Of a stretch of DNA of 49,598 nucleotides, positions 29,119 to 39,276 are shown in pieces. This DNA comes from Minisyncoccota bacterium (GTDB lineage: Bacteria > Patescibacteriota > Minisyncoccia > Phycocordibacterales > UBA5272), in NCBI GenBank assembly GCA_035905815.1, contig JAMIGE010000033.1, forward strand, positions 1-49,598, written 5' to 3'. The notes beneath the pieces were generated by a model. It saw nothing but the letters and a program-made list of their open reading frames with translations. It was not told the origin of the DNA and did no database searches. Numbering within the stretch: position 1 is the stretch's first letter; the number at the start of each line of letters is the position of its first letter. A program made the translations under genes and the position numbers.

Positions 29119-30087
29119 CTACTTGTATCCATTTTGGAAGCTTTCAAAGCTCATTTCTGATTTGCCTTCGGGTATTACATATTGTATATCACCTGTAAAA
29201 TTATCGATTTTCGAAATTTTGACTCTAATGTTCTTATTATTATGATTATAGTTAAAATATATACCAGGCCATCCGTATAATGCTTTCCATTTTGCTGCTA
29301 CTTCTTTCTTCTTGTCGTCGCTGATTATAAATTTACTATTCGTATCAGGACTAAATATATCATGTATTTCACCTTGATCTTTTAGTATGTATTTAGTGTA
29401 GGTCGCTGCATTATCATCTTGAGCTTTCGGAACCAAATTTCCGTTCACGTAATGCTCTAGGGTTTGCACTAGTAATTCACCGCCTAATTGACCGGCTTCG
29501 ATTTCCAGAGATTGAGCGTTGGCCTTTTCATGTATAGGTAGTACATGACTAATAAGTATAGGACCATGATCCATTTGCGCATCTAATAGCATTATTGTTA
29601 CACCTGTGGATGTGTCGCCGGCCAGCATCGCACACTGTATCGGACTTGGGCCTCTATATAGCGGCAATAGTGAAGGGTGGACGTTAAGAGTCCCATTGAT
29701 AGGGATATTTAAAATTTGCTCAGGAATTATCTTGCCATAGCTAGCTACGATTGCGACGTCAGCATTCAATGCTTGATAACTTGTAATGAATTCATCTACT
29801 GACTTGCTTATTTCACCTATCTCATCCTCTGAATATTTACCTTCTTTATTAATAGGAACTTTTAGAAAGTTAGGCTGCATAACGGGTATACCTTTATGCT
29901 TTGCCCATAGTTTAATCATCGGCTCCGTAATGGCTTGACCGCGACCCTGTCTGCTATCTGGCTTGGTTACTATTGCAATTGGAGTATTGCCGGCTCTGGA
30001 TAAGGCTGCAACAGCTGACTCTGCCAAATCACCCGTACCCCAAAATACATATTTTATATCTTTAAATTGTTTTAACTCTTTAGGCAT
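29119..30087 (-). CDS. fmt: Methionyl-tRNA formyltransferase
   Basis: Contains VTKPDSRQGRG and LNVHPSLLPLYRGPSPIQ. Confidence 0.9.
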   Translation of the reverse strand: MPKELKQFKDIKYVFWGTGDLAESAVAALSRAGNTPIAIVTKPDSRQGRGQAITEPMIKLWAKHKGIPVMQPNFLKVPINKEGKYSEDEIGEISKSVDEFITSYQALNADVAIVASYGKIIPEQILNIPINGTLNVHPSLLPLYRGPSPIQCAMLAGDTSTGVTIMLLDAQMDHGPILISHVLPIHEKANAQSLEIEAGQLGGELLVQTLEHYVNGNLVPKAQDDNAATYTKYILKDQGEIHDIFSPDTNSKFIISDDKKKEVAAKWKALYGWPGIYFNYNHNNKNIRVKISKIDNFTGDIQYVIPEGKSEMSFESFQNGYK

Positions 30088-30114
30088 TTGTATATTGTAT
30101 CAGCTAATATTAAA

Positions 30115-30690
30115 TTACTTTAAACCTTCATTATGGTCGTACTCTTCAAAGTCGAAGCCGTGGTCTATAAATAGTATACCATCTAAATGATCATATTCAT
30201 GCTGCACTATATGGGCTATCAGCCCTCCAGCGCCATAGCTGAACTTGTTACCGTATTCATCATATGCGCTAACTGTCACATTCATGGCGCGCTCTGTACA
30301 TCCGTACACACCTCGCACAGATAGGCAACCTTCATGTACTACTTTATGCTTCTTGCTAGAATCGGTAATGACTGGGTTAATAAACACTTCGGGCCTCCAC
30401 TTAGCATCACCTTTATAAGCCTTCTTAGCAATTACAAATATACGCTTGTCTATACCAATTTGAGGAGCTGCAATTGCAACGCCGTCCTGGTCATGCACTG
30501 CCTCCTTCTTCATTTTAGAAATAATTTCTAAAAGCTCCTGTGATCCAAATTCAGCACTTTTAACCTCTTTGCATATACGCCTTAGTACATTATCGGGGGT
30601 ATCATCTATCTGTACAATGTTTGGGTTTGTATTTTTCTCATTATGATTTATATTCATAGTTTCAAGATTACAATATATCATATTTGACAA
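30115..30690 (-). CDS. def: Peptide deformylase (start uncertain)
   Basis: Contains GVAIAAPQIG, EGCLS and HEYDHLDG. The track start is a TTG; ATG codons at 30681 or 30657 are alternatives. Confidence 0.9.
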   Translation of the reverse strand: MSNMIYCNLETMNINHNEKNTNPNIVQIDDTPDNVLRRICKEVKSAEFGSQELLEIISKMKKEAVHDQDGVAIAAPQIGIDKRIFVIAKKAYKGDAKWRPEVFINPVITDSSKKHKVVHEGCLSVRGVYGCTERAMNVTVSAYDEYGNKFSYGAGGLIAHIVQHEYDHLDGILFIDHGFDFEEYDHNEGLK

Positions 30691-30863
30691 AAATTATCAA
30701 ATATATTATAATGCGATTATTGAAATACTCTTGAATTCGCTCACGCAAAGACTTATACACATTAGTGTTTCAAATTAATAACATGTATTCTTGTTATAAA
30801 GGCGAAACAGCTAGATAAATAAGGATATTTAGAATTTATATAATTCTAATAACGAAAATAAAT

Positions 30864-32162
30864 ATGTACAAAACAAATACAGATCGTGGTAATTCGCGAT
30901 CTACTGGTGGCCAGCGTGGTCATCAAAATGGTTTCCGTGATAGAAGTGAAAGAAGTTTTAAACCAGCTAGAAGCTTTGGCGGTGACAACCGTGGAGGCAG
31001 CAGAGGAAGATTTAATACTGGAGGAAATAGAGGTGGCCGTAGCAGCGGTAGACGCCAGCCAGAGCATATCGAATACTCTCGATTTATTAACAAAGCAAGT
31101 AAAGTAGAAGAGGTGGCCTATGCTCATGCAAATGAGTTCAACGATTTCAACATTGATGCACTTCTAAAGCTACGTATTGCTGCTAGGAAGTTCACAGCTC
31201 CTAGTCCAATACAAGACCAAGCTATACCTCATGCCATCAACGGCCGTGATGTGCTTGGTATTGCGAATACTGGTACAGGCAAGACTGCGGCATTTCTGAT
31301 TCCACTTATTAATAAAATATTAAAGGACAAAAATCAGAAAGTGCTAGTTATGGCACCAACTCGCGAACTAGCAATACAAATAGAGAAGGAGCTGTATGAG
31401 TTTACTCATGGCATGCGTATGTTCTCGGCTGTATGTGTTGGAGGGTCTCCAATATTTAGGCAGATATCTCAACTGCGCCGTGGTGTTAGCTTTATAATTG
31501 GTACACCAGGAAGGCTAATGGATCTAGTAGAGAGGGGCGAGATTGATCTAAGTACAATACAAAATGTAGTATTGGATGAGGCAGACCGTATGCTAGATAT
31601 GGGATTTGTGAATGATATCAGATCAATACTAGCTCAAATGCCAGAGAATAAGCAAAGCTTGTTCTTCTCCGCTACTTTCCCACCTGAAATTGAGAGGCTG
31701 GTAAATACTTTCACCAAGGATCCTATCAAAGTAATGGTAAAGACTCGCGATACATCTAAGAATGTTGACCAAGATATTGTTAAAATTGATGGTGGCAGGA
31801 CAAAGATTGATGTATTAGAGGAGCTACTTAAAGACAGTAATGAATTTAAGAAAGTTTTAGTCTTTGCGGAGATGAAAAGTACTGTGGACAAGCTAGGTAA
31901 AGAGCTAGAGTATCGCGGCTTCAAAGCTGGATCAATACATGGTGACAAGCGCCAAGGCGATCGCGTACGTACACTTCAGGCATTCCGTACTAACAATATC
32001 AATATCCTGGTAGCGACTGATGTGGCAGCTAGAGGACTTGATATTCCAGAGGTGTCTCATGTAATTAATTACGAAGTACCAGAATCATATGATACATATG
32101 TGCATCGTATAGGGCGTACTGGCCGCGCCAATGCTACAGGTAAAGCCTTAACATTCGTCTAG
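30864..32162 (+). CDS. DEAD-box ATP-dependent RNA helicase with an N-terminal Arg/Gly-rich region
   Basis: Contains the Q-motif PSPIQ, ANTGTGKTAAF, VLDEADRM, SAT and HRIGRTGRA. The N-terminus is RGG-rich (GGQRGHQNGFRDRS...GGNRGGRSSGRR). Confidence 0.9.
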   Translation: MYKTNTDRGNSRSTGGQRGHQNGFRDRSERSFKPARSFGGDNRGGSRGRFNTGGNRGGRSSGRRQPEHIEYSRFINKASKVEEVAYAHANEFNDFNIDALLKLRIAARKFTAPSPIQDQAIPHAINGRDVLGIANTGTGKTAAFLIPLINKILKDKNQKVLVMAPTRELAIQIEKELYEFTHGMRMFSAVCVGGSPIFRQISQLRRGVSFIIGTPGRLMDLVERGEIDLSTIQNVVLDEADRMLDMGFVNDIRSILAQMPENKQSLFFSATFPPEIERLVNTFTKDPIKVMVKTRDTSKNVDQDIVKIDGGRTKIDVLEELLKDSNEFKKVLVFAEMKSTVDKLGKELEYRGFKAGSIHGDKRQGDRVRTLQAFRTNNINILVATDVAARGLDIPEVSHVINYEVPESYDTYVHRIGRTGRANATGKALTFV

Positions 32163-32234
32163 CAGTAAATAAGTGTCTAGTGTTAAATAGGTATCTAGGC
32201 CAAATAAAAGATAAAGAAATTTATAATCTTAATA

Positions 32235-32270
32235 ACACACAAGCGCGGCCTCTGGCCGCGCTTGTGTGTT
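32235..32270 (+). terminator. Hairpin terminator, copy 1 of a duplicated element
   Basis: ACACACAAGCGCGGCC-TCT-GGCCGCGCTTGTGTGT. Confidence 0.75.
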
Positions 32271-32338
32271 ACGTATTTAAAGTCATTATATATTGTTTAC
32301 ATATTTGATGTCATAGTTTATGCTGTGGATAACCACCT

Positions 32339-32374
<36 letters not shown>

Positions 32375-32447
32375 CTATTAAAATACAGCATAGAATTAAA
32401 GTGTAAGTATTATAAAGTAATGAATAAAGTAATAATTAAATAAATAT

Positions 32448-32984
32448 ATGAATTTTGGAGCAATGGGTGGTGGACCAGTAAGCACACAGAAGCAAGTAGA
32501 TCCTAGAAAAGATATTGAGCAGGGTATCCAAGAGTATGCAGAAGGAAAAGAAATAAATGACGAGCATAAAGTTCGTAGTGAGCAATTAATCGAAGATTTT
32601 GAAAATAGTGAAAAGGTTTTAGTAGGTGCACTTACTAATAAATTACCGTGGGCTCGTGAAATTATCTCCAAGCTGTGTAAAGATGTATGGGATCAAGAGT
32701 ACACCCCCAGTGAAATACATGTATTCGCAAGATTAAAACTAATTGATGACTTATTGATAAAAAAAGCGAATTTTAAAGATAAGGTCTATGGTGGCGAATA
32801 CAGTCTATTTGGGCGAGCAGGGATTCATAATTGGCCATTTCATCAGCAAGCCCATTTTCAGGATAATGGAGAGATTGCATTAAATATGACTGTTGCCATC
32901 AAGCGATACTTAGAAGCACTTCAAAACTTAAGTGAGGACGAGATAGAAAAGACTAATGAATTAACCTGGCAATTCAAACTGTAG
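32448..32984 (+). CDS. Hypothetical protein
   Basis: A 178-aa ORF with no motif recognised. Confidence 0.5.
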   Translation: MNFGAMGGGPVSTQKQVDPRKDIEQGIQEYAEGKEINDEHKVRSEQLIEDFENSEKVLVGALTNKLPWAREIISKLCKDVWDQEYTPSEIHVFARLKLIDDLLIKKANFKDKVYGGEYSLFGRAGIHNWPFHQQAHFQDNGEIALNMTVAIKRYLEALQNLSEDEIEKTNELTWQFKL

Positions 32985-33010
32985 TAGCACAGATTGATTA
33001 AAATATAGTA

Positions 33011-33043
33011 ACACAAGCGCGGCCGGAGGCCGCGCTTGTGTGT
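33011..33043 (+). terminator. Hairpin terminator, copy 2 of the duplicated element
   Basis: ACACAAGCGCGGCC-GGA-GGCCGCGCTTGTGTGT. The stem is identical to 32237-32269; only the loop differs. Confidence 0.75.
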
Positions 33044-33141
33044 TTGCATACCGCTAAAAAATATGATATAGTATTTGTCTAATCGGTGAATCCAAAAATA
33101 CCTGCCTGGTATTACAATGCCTTTGCTCGTATAATCAATGT

Positions 33142-33222
33142 CGCACCGTAATGATTGTCGGGATTGACTTGGGTAAAGCTTAGGCAAGGCAACAGTTCGT
33201 ACATTGTACGAGCTGTTTTTTT
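33142..33222 (+). ncRNA. Candidate short RNA or leader ending in a strong terminator
   Basis: The terminator is AACAGTTCGTAC-ATT-GTACGAGCTGTT plus T7 (33191-33222). TATAAT lies at 33130-33135 but the -35 is poor. No ORF is present. The 5' end is a guess. Confidence 0.3.
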
Positions 33223-33326
33223 ATGGAAAAGTAAAGCTATAAATGCTATAAGATTAAAATATTTCATACTTGCATACGATGTGTCACTTTAGGAAATATG
33301 ATTAAAATGCTATACTGATTAGATTA

Positions 33327-35081
33327 ATGTTTGAAATATTAAAGACAGAAGAAGATGTGAGTAAGCTTAAGAGGCAAATTATGCGAGAGCCATTTTATCG
33401 TGAGGCTATACTTCGTCTGCGTAAAAAGCTAAATAACAAAGTGGACATGGGGGCAATAGCTGGTATGCCAACTAATCCAGAAATGCTAATGCTGTACGAG
33501 GAACTAATCTCAGAAGGCAAGGAAGAGGACATCAAGCACGTGCGGCAAATATTGAAAAGGTTAAAAGTAAGATCCAATAGTGGCGTAGCAGTTATTAGCC
33601 TACTTACCAAGCCATATACATGCCCTGGTAGATGCATATATTGCCCAACAGAGAAGAATATGCCAAAAAGCTACTTATCCAAAGAGCCTGCAGCGGCAAG
33701 GGCGTTGGCTAATAGGTTCGACCCATACAAGCAGATTACAAGTAGATTAAAGGCGCTTGTAATGAATGGCCATCCTATAGACAAGGTAGAGATGATATTT
33801 ATTGGTGGCACATTTAACTTTTACAAGAAAGATTATCAGGAATGGTTTACCAAGGAGTCATTCAGAGCATGTAATAATTGGGGTCTTGATAAATCAAATG
33901 AAGAATACATACATGCAGATCATGGATATAATCTAGAAGATTTACAGAAAATTAACGAAGAGAGATTGGCGAGGATAATTGGACTAAGTATAGAGACCCG
34001 TCCAGATTATATAACAGCTACTGAGCTGAAGTGGCTCAGGTATTTAGGAGTGACCAAGGTGGAGTTGGGTGTACAGCATTTGAACGATGAAGTACTAGAA
34101 TTTAACAAAAGAGAAATGACCAATGAGGCCATGGCAAAGGGTAGCGAGCTATTACGCGATTACGGTTTTAAAGTTGTGTATCACATGATGCCAAATTTGC
34201 CAGGTAGTAATCCAGAGATGGATGTTAAAATGTTTAAGGACCTTTATAATGGTCTAGATCATCATCCAGACATGATGAAAATATATCCATGTATGACAGT
34301 ACGTGGTGCGCTGCTATACAAGCTGTATACTCAGAAGCTCATAGATTATGAACCATATGATGATGAATTACTGACAAGGGTATTAGCAGATGCAGAGCAG
34401 GAAGTGAAGTGCTACACTAGGCTAATACGCGTAATACGTGATATACCAGCTGACTATATAATAGCAGGTAGCAAGAAAAGTAATTTAAGAGAAATGGTGG
34501 ATAAGTATTTACAAAATAAGGGCATCAAGCAGGTAGACATTAGAGCCCGAGAGATCCGTGATTTAGAAATTGACCCAAATGATTTTACTTTAACAGAAAC
34601 TATATATAATACTCGCCATGGTAAGGAAATATTTTTACAATTTGAAAACAAGGAGAAGAATTTGCTCGCTGGATTTCTAAGGCTAAGACTTCCTGATTTT
34701 GAAAAGATCAAAGCAGATGCAGACTATGATGCATCTCATATTGCGCCAGAAACTGCCCATAATTGGGGCCTGGACAAATGGATGGCAGAGTCAGAAGCAT
34801 TTATAAACACTAATTCAGAAATTGTTAAAATAGATGAGCTACTTAGCGGGGCCGCACTAGTACGCGAACTGCATGTATACGGCACCATGAAAAGGGTAGG
34901 GGAAGAGGGTAATCAAAGTCAACATACAGGTATGGGCAAGGCGCTACTAGCTAGAGCAGAGCAAATTGCAAAGCAGTCCGGATATCAGAGACTGGCAATA
35001 ATTTCTGGTGTTGGTGTTAGGAATTATTATCGAGGCCGCGGCTACGAATACAGGGATACTTATATGTCCAAAGAGCTATAA
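33327..35081 (+). CDS. elp3: Elp3-like radical-SAM / GNAT acetyltransferase (tRNA U34 modification family)
   Basis: The radical-SAM motif is CPGRCIYCP. The C-terminal GNAT block is QHTGMGKALLARAEQIAKQSGYQRLAIISGVGVRNYYRGRGY. At 584 aa, the length and domain order match Elp3. Confidence 0.8.
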   Translation: MFEILKTEEDVSKLKRQIMREPFYREAILRLRKKLNNKVDMGAIAGMPTNPEMLMLYEELISEGKEEDIKHVRQILKRLKVRSNSGVAVISLLTKPYTCPGRCIYCPTEKNMPKSYLSKEPAAARALANRFDPYKQITSRLKALVMNGHPIDKVEMIFIGGTFNFYKKDYQEWFTKESFRACNNWGLDKSNEEYIHADHGYNLEDLQKINEERLARIIGLSIETRPDYITATELKWLRYLGVTKVELGVQHLNDEVLEFNKREMTNEAMAKGSELLRDYGFKVVYHMMPNLPGSNPEMDVKMFKDLYNGLDHHPDMMKIYPCMTVRGALLYKLYTQKLIDYEPYDDELLTRVLADAEQEVKCYTRLIRVIRDIPADYIIAGSKKSNLREMVDKYLQNKGIKQVDIRAREIRDLEIDPNDFTLTETIYNTRHGKEIFLQFENKEKNLLAGFLRLRLPDFEKIKADADYDASHIAPETAHNWGLDKWMAESEAFINTNSEIVKIDELLSGAALVRELHVYGTMKRVGEEGNQSQHTGMGKALLARAEQIAKQSGYQRLAIISGVGVRNYYRGRGYEYRDTYMSKEL

Positions 35082-35101
35082 TATGCTACAATAATTATTA
35101 T

Positions 35102-36364
35102 ATGAAGTTTATAGACAAGTGGAAGCTTATACTTAACTCCTATTCCTCAGTTATGAAGGAGATTAGTATGTATGGGTCATCACAAGTGATAATACAAGGT
35201 AGCTCGTTTCTTGCTATTACAATGGTGTCTAGATATTTGGGTCCTACCAATTTAGGATTGTATAGCTTCGCCCAGAGCTATATGAGTACGTCGCTGGTTA
35301 TAATTGGGGGCTTTGATTTTTTCTACTCTTGGCAATTAGCAAAAAGCACTGATAGGCATAATGTCGTAAAGAATTATTTATTGCAGAAGCTGTCCGTAAT
35401 GACTATTATACTGCTGCCTGCAATCATATTTGCATACATATCATTCCCTAAAGATGTATTTTATTTGTCTCTTGCAACTTTTATTCCGATAATATTTTAT
35501 CCTTTTACTGCTTTTTGGACTTATGCGCAGATTGATAAGAGGGCCAAGCTGGTGTCGGTAGCAGGCTCTACCGCCGCAATCACATCTCTAATTATCAAGG
35601 CAGTGCTAGTGTATATACATGCGCCGCTAATCGCATTTGCATTCATGGCGGGCTTTGATTTAATTATAGGTAGCCTACTCGTCGCTATCGTATTTCTAAG
35701 CACTAAATACTGGAGATCGCTGCTTACAACGCCATACGATTACAAATTCAAGGAGGTATTTAGTTATATATATAGTTTAAAGTACAGTGTAATTTTCTCT
35801 ATCTCTTTTCAAATGCTGCTTCGAATTGATCAGTTGCTACTACCAAAACTCACAAGTGCGTATGCGCTAGGTATATATAGCGCTGCAGTTAAAATAAGTG
35901 AGGTGCCTAATGTACTAGTAGGTGTTATGTATGTGACACTTTTGTCACGTGTCGCGCCAATCATTGCGTCAGATAAGCATGAAGACAAGAAAAGAGTCAA
36001 GCAGTTGTTCTGGCTATATTTCTTATTAGGACTCCTGGTTGCATTGTTCATAATTGTATTTGCGAAATATGCAGTAGCCATTATTTATGGTCAGCAGTAT
36101 TTGGAATCAATACCAGTACTACAAGTATATGCAATTTGCATTCCATTCATGTTCTTGTGCGTATACTATAATAGTATATTTGGTGCATTAGATAGGAAAA
36201 AATTAATGGCTGGTGTGTATTTGGTGGCTGCAATACTTAATGCATTTTTTGTAATTATTTTGACACCAAAGTTTGGATTAATTGGTACGGCTCTTGCTAA
36301 TGTATTCACTTACTCTGCTGCTGTGACAGCCTTTGCGATTGCACATAGATATCTATCCAAATAG
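35102..36364 (+). CDS. Polysaccharide/oligosaccharide flippase (Wzx/PST-family, multi-TM)
   Basis: A 420-aa protein with about 12 hydrophobic helices. The N-terminal SSQVIIQGSSFLAITMVSRYLGPTNLGLYSF is typical of PST-family transporters. Confidence 0.65.
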   Translation: MKFIDKWKLILNSYSSVMKEISMYGSSQVIIQGSSFLAITMVSRYLGPTNLGLYSFAQSYMSTSLVIIGGFDFFYSWQLAKSTDRHNVVKNYLLQKLSVMTIILLPAIIFAYISFPKDVFYLSLATFIPIIFYPFTAFWTYAQIDKRAKLVSVAGSTAAITSLIIKAVLVYIHAPLIAFAFMAGFDLIIGSLLVAIVFLSTKYWRSLLTTPYDYKFKEVFSYIYSLKYSVIFSISFQMLLRIDQLLLPKLTSAYALGIYSAAVKISEVPNVLVGVMYVTLLSRVAPIIASDKHEDKKRVKQLFWLYFLLGLLVALFIIVFAKYAVAIIYGQQYLESIPVLQVYAICIPFMFLCVYYNSIFGALDRKKLMAGVYLVAAILNAFFVIILTPKFGLIGTALANVFTYSAAVTAFAIAHRYLSK

Positions 36365-36448
36365 AATTTGACTTAAATAATTATATATGTTATATATAAT
36401 TGGAAAGCTTTAATTCTAAAGCTAGCTCATAATTCACAAAGGAGTAAA

Positions 36449-36745
36449 ATGAGACAACGATCAGACAGCCTTCTTTTGGGTATCTATAAGACCCGGGTAG
36501 CTGTAGCCGGAAAGCATAACTATGCATTGGTTATGGATGTTAACTTTAAATATCCTGACCAGCGTAAGAATACGCAGTATGTATCTTACTTGGATGTGAA
36601 TGCAAATGGTCGCCCTCTTCGAGGTGCGACATGGCTACCCCTTAATGTCTGCGGCCTTCAGGAATTCGAACGTAAGTATTCAAGTCGAATCGGTACGATG
36701 AATATGCGCGCTCGTAGTGCTAATCCATCGTCGCGATGGCCATAA
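36449..36745 (+). CDS. Hypothetical protein, GC-richer
   Basis: A 98-aa ORF. AAGGAG (36439-44) lies 4 nt before the ATG, and the gene has its own terminator. Confidence 0.5.
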   Translation: MRQRSDSLLLGIYKTRVAVAGKHNYALVMDVNFKYPDQRKNTQYVSYLDVNANGRPLRGATWLPLNVCGLQEFERKYSSRIGTMNMRARSANPSSRWP

Positions 36746-36759
36746 ACTTAATCTAATTG

Positions 36760-36784
36760 ACACTGGCAACATGCCAGTGTTTTA
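36760..36784 (+). terminator. Intrinsic terminator
   Basis: ACACTGGC pairs with GCCAGTGT, followed by TTT. Confidence 0.7.
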
Positions 36785-36835
36785 AATTGTGTATATGCTA
36801 AATGACTTTTAAATATTAAATGCTATAATACTTAT

Positions 36836-37585
36836 ATGTCTAATCCAATAATTATAGGTAATTTAAAAGCGAACCCAGATACTTTGAAGTCTTGTCACAA
36901 TCTTTTAAATTCCATTGATAATAATTTAAATAAATCTAAATACAAATATTATATTGCTGCGCCCGATTCATATATTTACAATTTGTCAGAATACACATAT
37001 AAAGCTGTGATCGGCGCTCAGGATGTAGGGGCGCTAGAGACTGGTGCGCATACCGGGGCAGAGACTCTTTCAATGCTATGCAGTGTGGGCGCAAAATTTG
37101 TAATTATTGGCCATAGCGAAGTCAGAGCCAAAGGTGAAACTCATGATACCATAAATCAAAAGGTCTCTACTTCTACGGCTGCTGGAGTTATGACAATACT
37201 GTGTATTGGCGAAAACTCTAGAGATGCCGATGGTGAGTATTTGAATAATATTGTTAGCGATTTGAAGTCATGCATTAATGCTGTGCATAGCGACAATCTG
37301 AAGCATCTAGTAATAGCCTATGAGCCAGTCTGGGCCATAGGTAAAGGTCGTGCTGCTAGCGTGGACGAAGTATTGGAAGTTAGTATTGCCATCCGAAGAG
37401 AGATAGCTCAGAAATATGGACTTGCAAGCGCTAAATCAGCCAAAGTGATTTATGGTGGATCAGTAGATGAAGACAATGCACACCATTATGTAGAAAGTGC
37501 TGGAATGGATGGATTGTTGGTGGGTAGGGCGGCCTTGGACGGAGAGAAGTTTGCAAAGATAATTAATAATTGCTACGAAGTTTAA
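36836..37585 (+). CDS. tpiA: Triosephosphate isomerase
   Basis: Contains IIGHSEVR, AYEPVWAIGKG and YGGSV. TGCTATAAT (-10 at 36824-36829) lies 6 nt before the ATG. Confidence 0.9.
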   Translation: MSNPIIIGNLKANPDTLKSCHNLLNSIDNNLNKSKYKYYIAAPDSYIYNLSEYTYKAVIGAQDVGALETGAHTGAETLSMLCSVGAKFVIIGHSEVRAKGETHDTINQKVSTSTAAGVMTILCIGENSRDADGEYLNNIVSDLKSCINAVHSDNLKHLVIAYEPVWAIGKGRAASVDEVLEVSIAIRREIAQKYGLASAKSAKVIYGGSVDEDNAHHYVESAGMDGLLVGRAALDGEKFAKIINNCYEV

Positions 37586-37586
37586 C

Positions 37587-38678
37587 ATGATAGAATTCAA
37601 AACTATAAGCAATAGTAATATTATAATTAGACTTGATTTGAACGTGCCTGTGAAGGAGGGTGTAATTACTAATGACTTTAGGATTAGAGAAAGTATTCCG
37701 ACGATTAATGAGCTATTACTTAAACAGAATAATGTAATAATTCTAGCACATCTAGGAGATAAAAGTGAATCACTACAGGTGGTTGCAAATAGACTAATGA
37801 CTACATTTACTAGTTTAAATTTCATAGCATCAACAGATCTTAATATAATTAAGAGCAAAGTTAACGAAATCTATAGCACAAATGCAAAAGGTAACTTAAT
37901 ATTACTCGAAAATGTTAGACTGCTGGATGGAGAGATAGAGAATTCAGATGCACTCGCTGGCTTTTATAGATCATTGGCAGACTACTATGTTTTTGATGCC
38001 TTTTCAGTGGCGCATAGGAAGCAAGCTAGTACACATAGAATAGCAATGCATTTTGATAAGGGCAGTATAGCAATGGGTCCATTATGTAGCAAAGAGCTAG
38101 AGCTACTTAGGCCGGCATTATCACCGGATGCTCCAGCGCTACTACTATTAGGCGGCGCTAAGATATCTACCAAACTGCCACTAATACAAAGATATTTGAG
38201 TATGGGAGTAAAAGTATTTGTTGGTGGGGCTATGGCTCATAATATTATGCTTGCAAAAGGTATTGATATACATAATTCATTCCACGATGATACACCACTA
38301 CCAGCCGACATTTTAAATAATCCGAATCTATACATACCGACCAGAGTAGTATGGGATACTAATAATCGTATTATGGACATAGACTTTGAAAATGATGAGA
38401 ACATCGCCGGTCTAATCAGCGGATCATCTACAATTATAATGAATGGCCCATTTGGAATGTATGAGTCAGGGTATGAAAAGGGTACAATTGATATATTAAA
38501 CGCAATATCAATAGCCACGGCCTTAGGGTCTAGTAGTATATTGGGTGGTGGCGACACTGTGACTGTACTTGAAAATAGTCATATTAATATGGATAATTTT
38601 AGCCATGTGAGTACCGGAGGAGGAGCAATGCTAGACTATTTATCCTCTGGATCGCTTCCTGCCATAAGCGTATTATAG
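37587..38678 (+). CDS. pgk: Phosphoglycerate kinase (short, 363 aa)
   Basis: Contains RLDLNVP, LLENVRL, GGAKISTKL and STGGGA. It starts 1 nt after the tpiA stop codon. Confidence 0.9.
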   Translation: MIEFKTISNSNIIIRLDLNVPVKEGVITNDFRIRESIPTINELLLKQNNVIILAHLGDKSESLQVVANRLMTTFTSLNFIASTDLNIIKSKVNEIYSTNAKGNLILLENVRLLDGEIENSDALAGFYRSLADYYVFDAFSVAHRKQASTHRIAMHFDKGSIAMGPLCSKELELLRPALSPDAPALLLLGGAKISTKLPLIQRYLSMGVKVFVGGAMAHNIMLAKGIDIHNSFHDDTPLPADILNNPNLYIPTRVVWDTNNRIMDIDFENDENIAGLISGSSTIIMNGPFGMYESGYEKGTIDILNAISIATALGSSSILGGGDTVTVLENSHINMDNFSHVSTGGGAMLDYLSSGSLPAISVL

Positions 38679-38733
38679 AGCTTATCCACATAATCTGTCA
38701 CACTTTTGCCTTAAACCTGTTATAATATGTAGC

Positions 38734-39276
38734 ATGGATGTTAAAGATGTAATAATTCGTGCTAAAAATGGTGACAAAGATGCGTTTTCTGCACTTTTCA
38801 ATGAGTATTACGACCCGTTATTTCGTTTTGTAATGTCCAGAACTTATAATAGGGACAAATCAGTAGACATATGTCAAGATGTGTTCTTACGTTGGTATGA
38901 GGCGCTACCTAGGTATGAGCTAGCAGGTAGCAGCCCGTTATCATACTTATTTACTATTGCCATGCGCCTAGTGATTAATGATTCTATAAAGAAGAAGGCC
39001 GACTATCTAAGCGAAGATGCTGATGAGTATATATCAGACGGGGATCAAGGTACTGAGTATTGGAATGATATTAATATTAGCCTCGTACAGATACAAGACC
39101 TGCTTCCACAACTAACAGATAATGAGAGGCTAATCATTGAGCTCAAATACATATCTGATTTAGATAATAAAGAAATATCTGCTATAGTAGATAAGGCACC
39201 TGACTCTATAAGGCAGCTAGAGCACAGAGCACTAGCAAAGCTAAGAAAGCTTTACACACAACAATATGAAAAGTAA
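38734..39276 (+). CDS. ECF-type sigma-70 family RNA polymerase sigma factor
   Basis: Region 2 is FNEYYDPLFRFVMSRTYNRDKSVDICQDVFLRWY. Region 4 is LTDNERLIIELKYISDLDNKEISAIV. TGTTATAAT lies 7 nt before the ATG. Confidence 0.8.
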   Translation: MDVKDVIIRAKNGDKDAFSALFNEYYDPLFRFVMSRTYNRDKSVDICQDVFLRWYEALPRYELAGSSPLSYLFTIAMRLVINDSIKKKADYLSEDADEYISDGDQGTEYWNDINISLVQIQDLLPQLTDNERLIIELKYISDLDNKEISAIVDKAPDSIRQLEHRALAKLRKLYTQQYEK

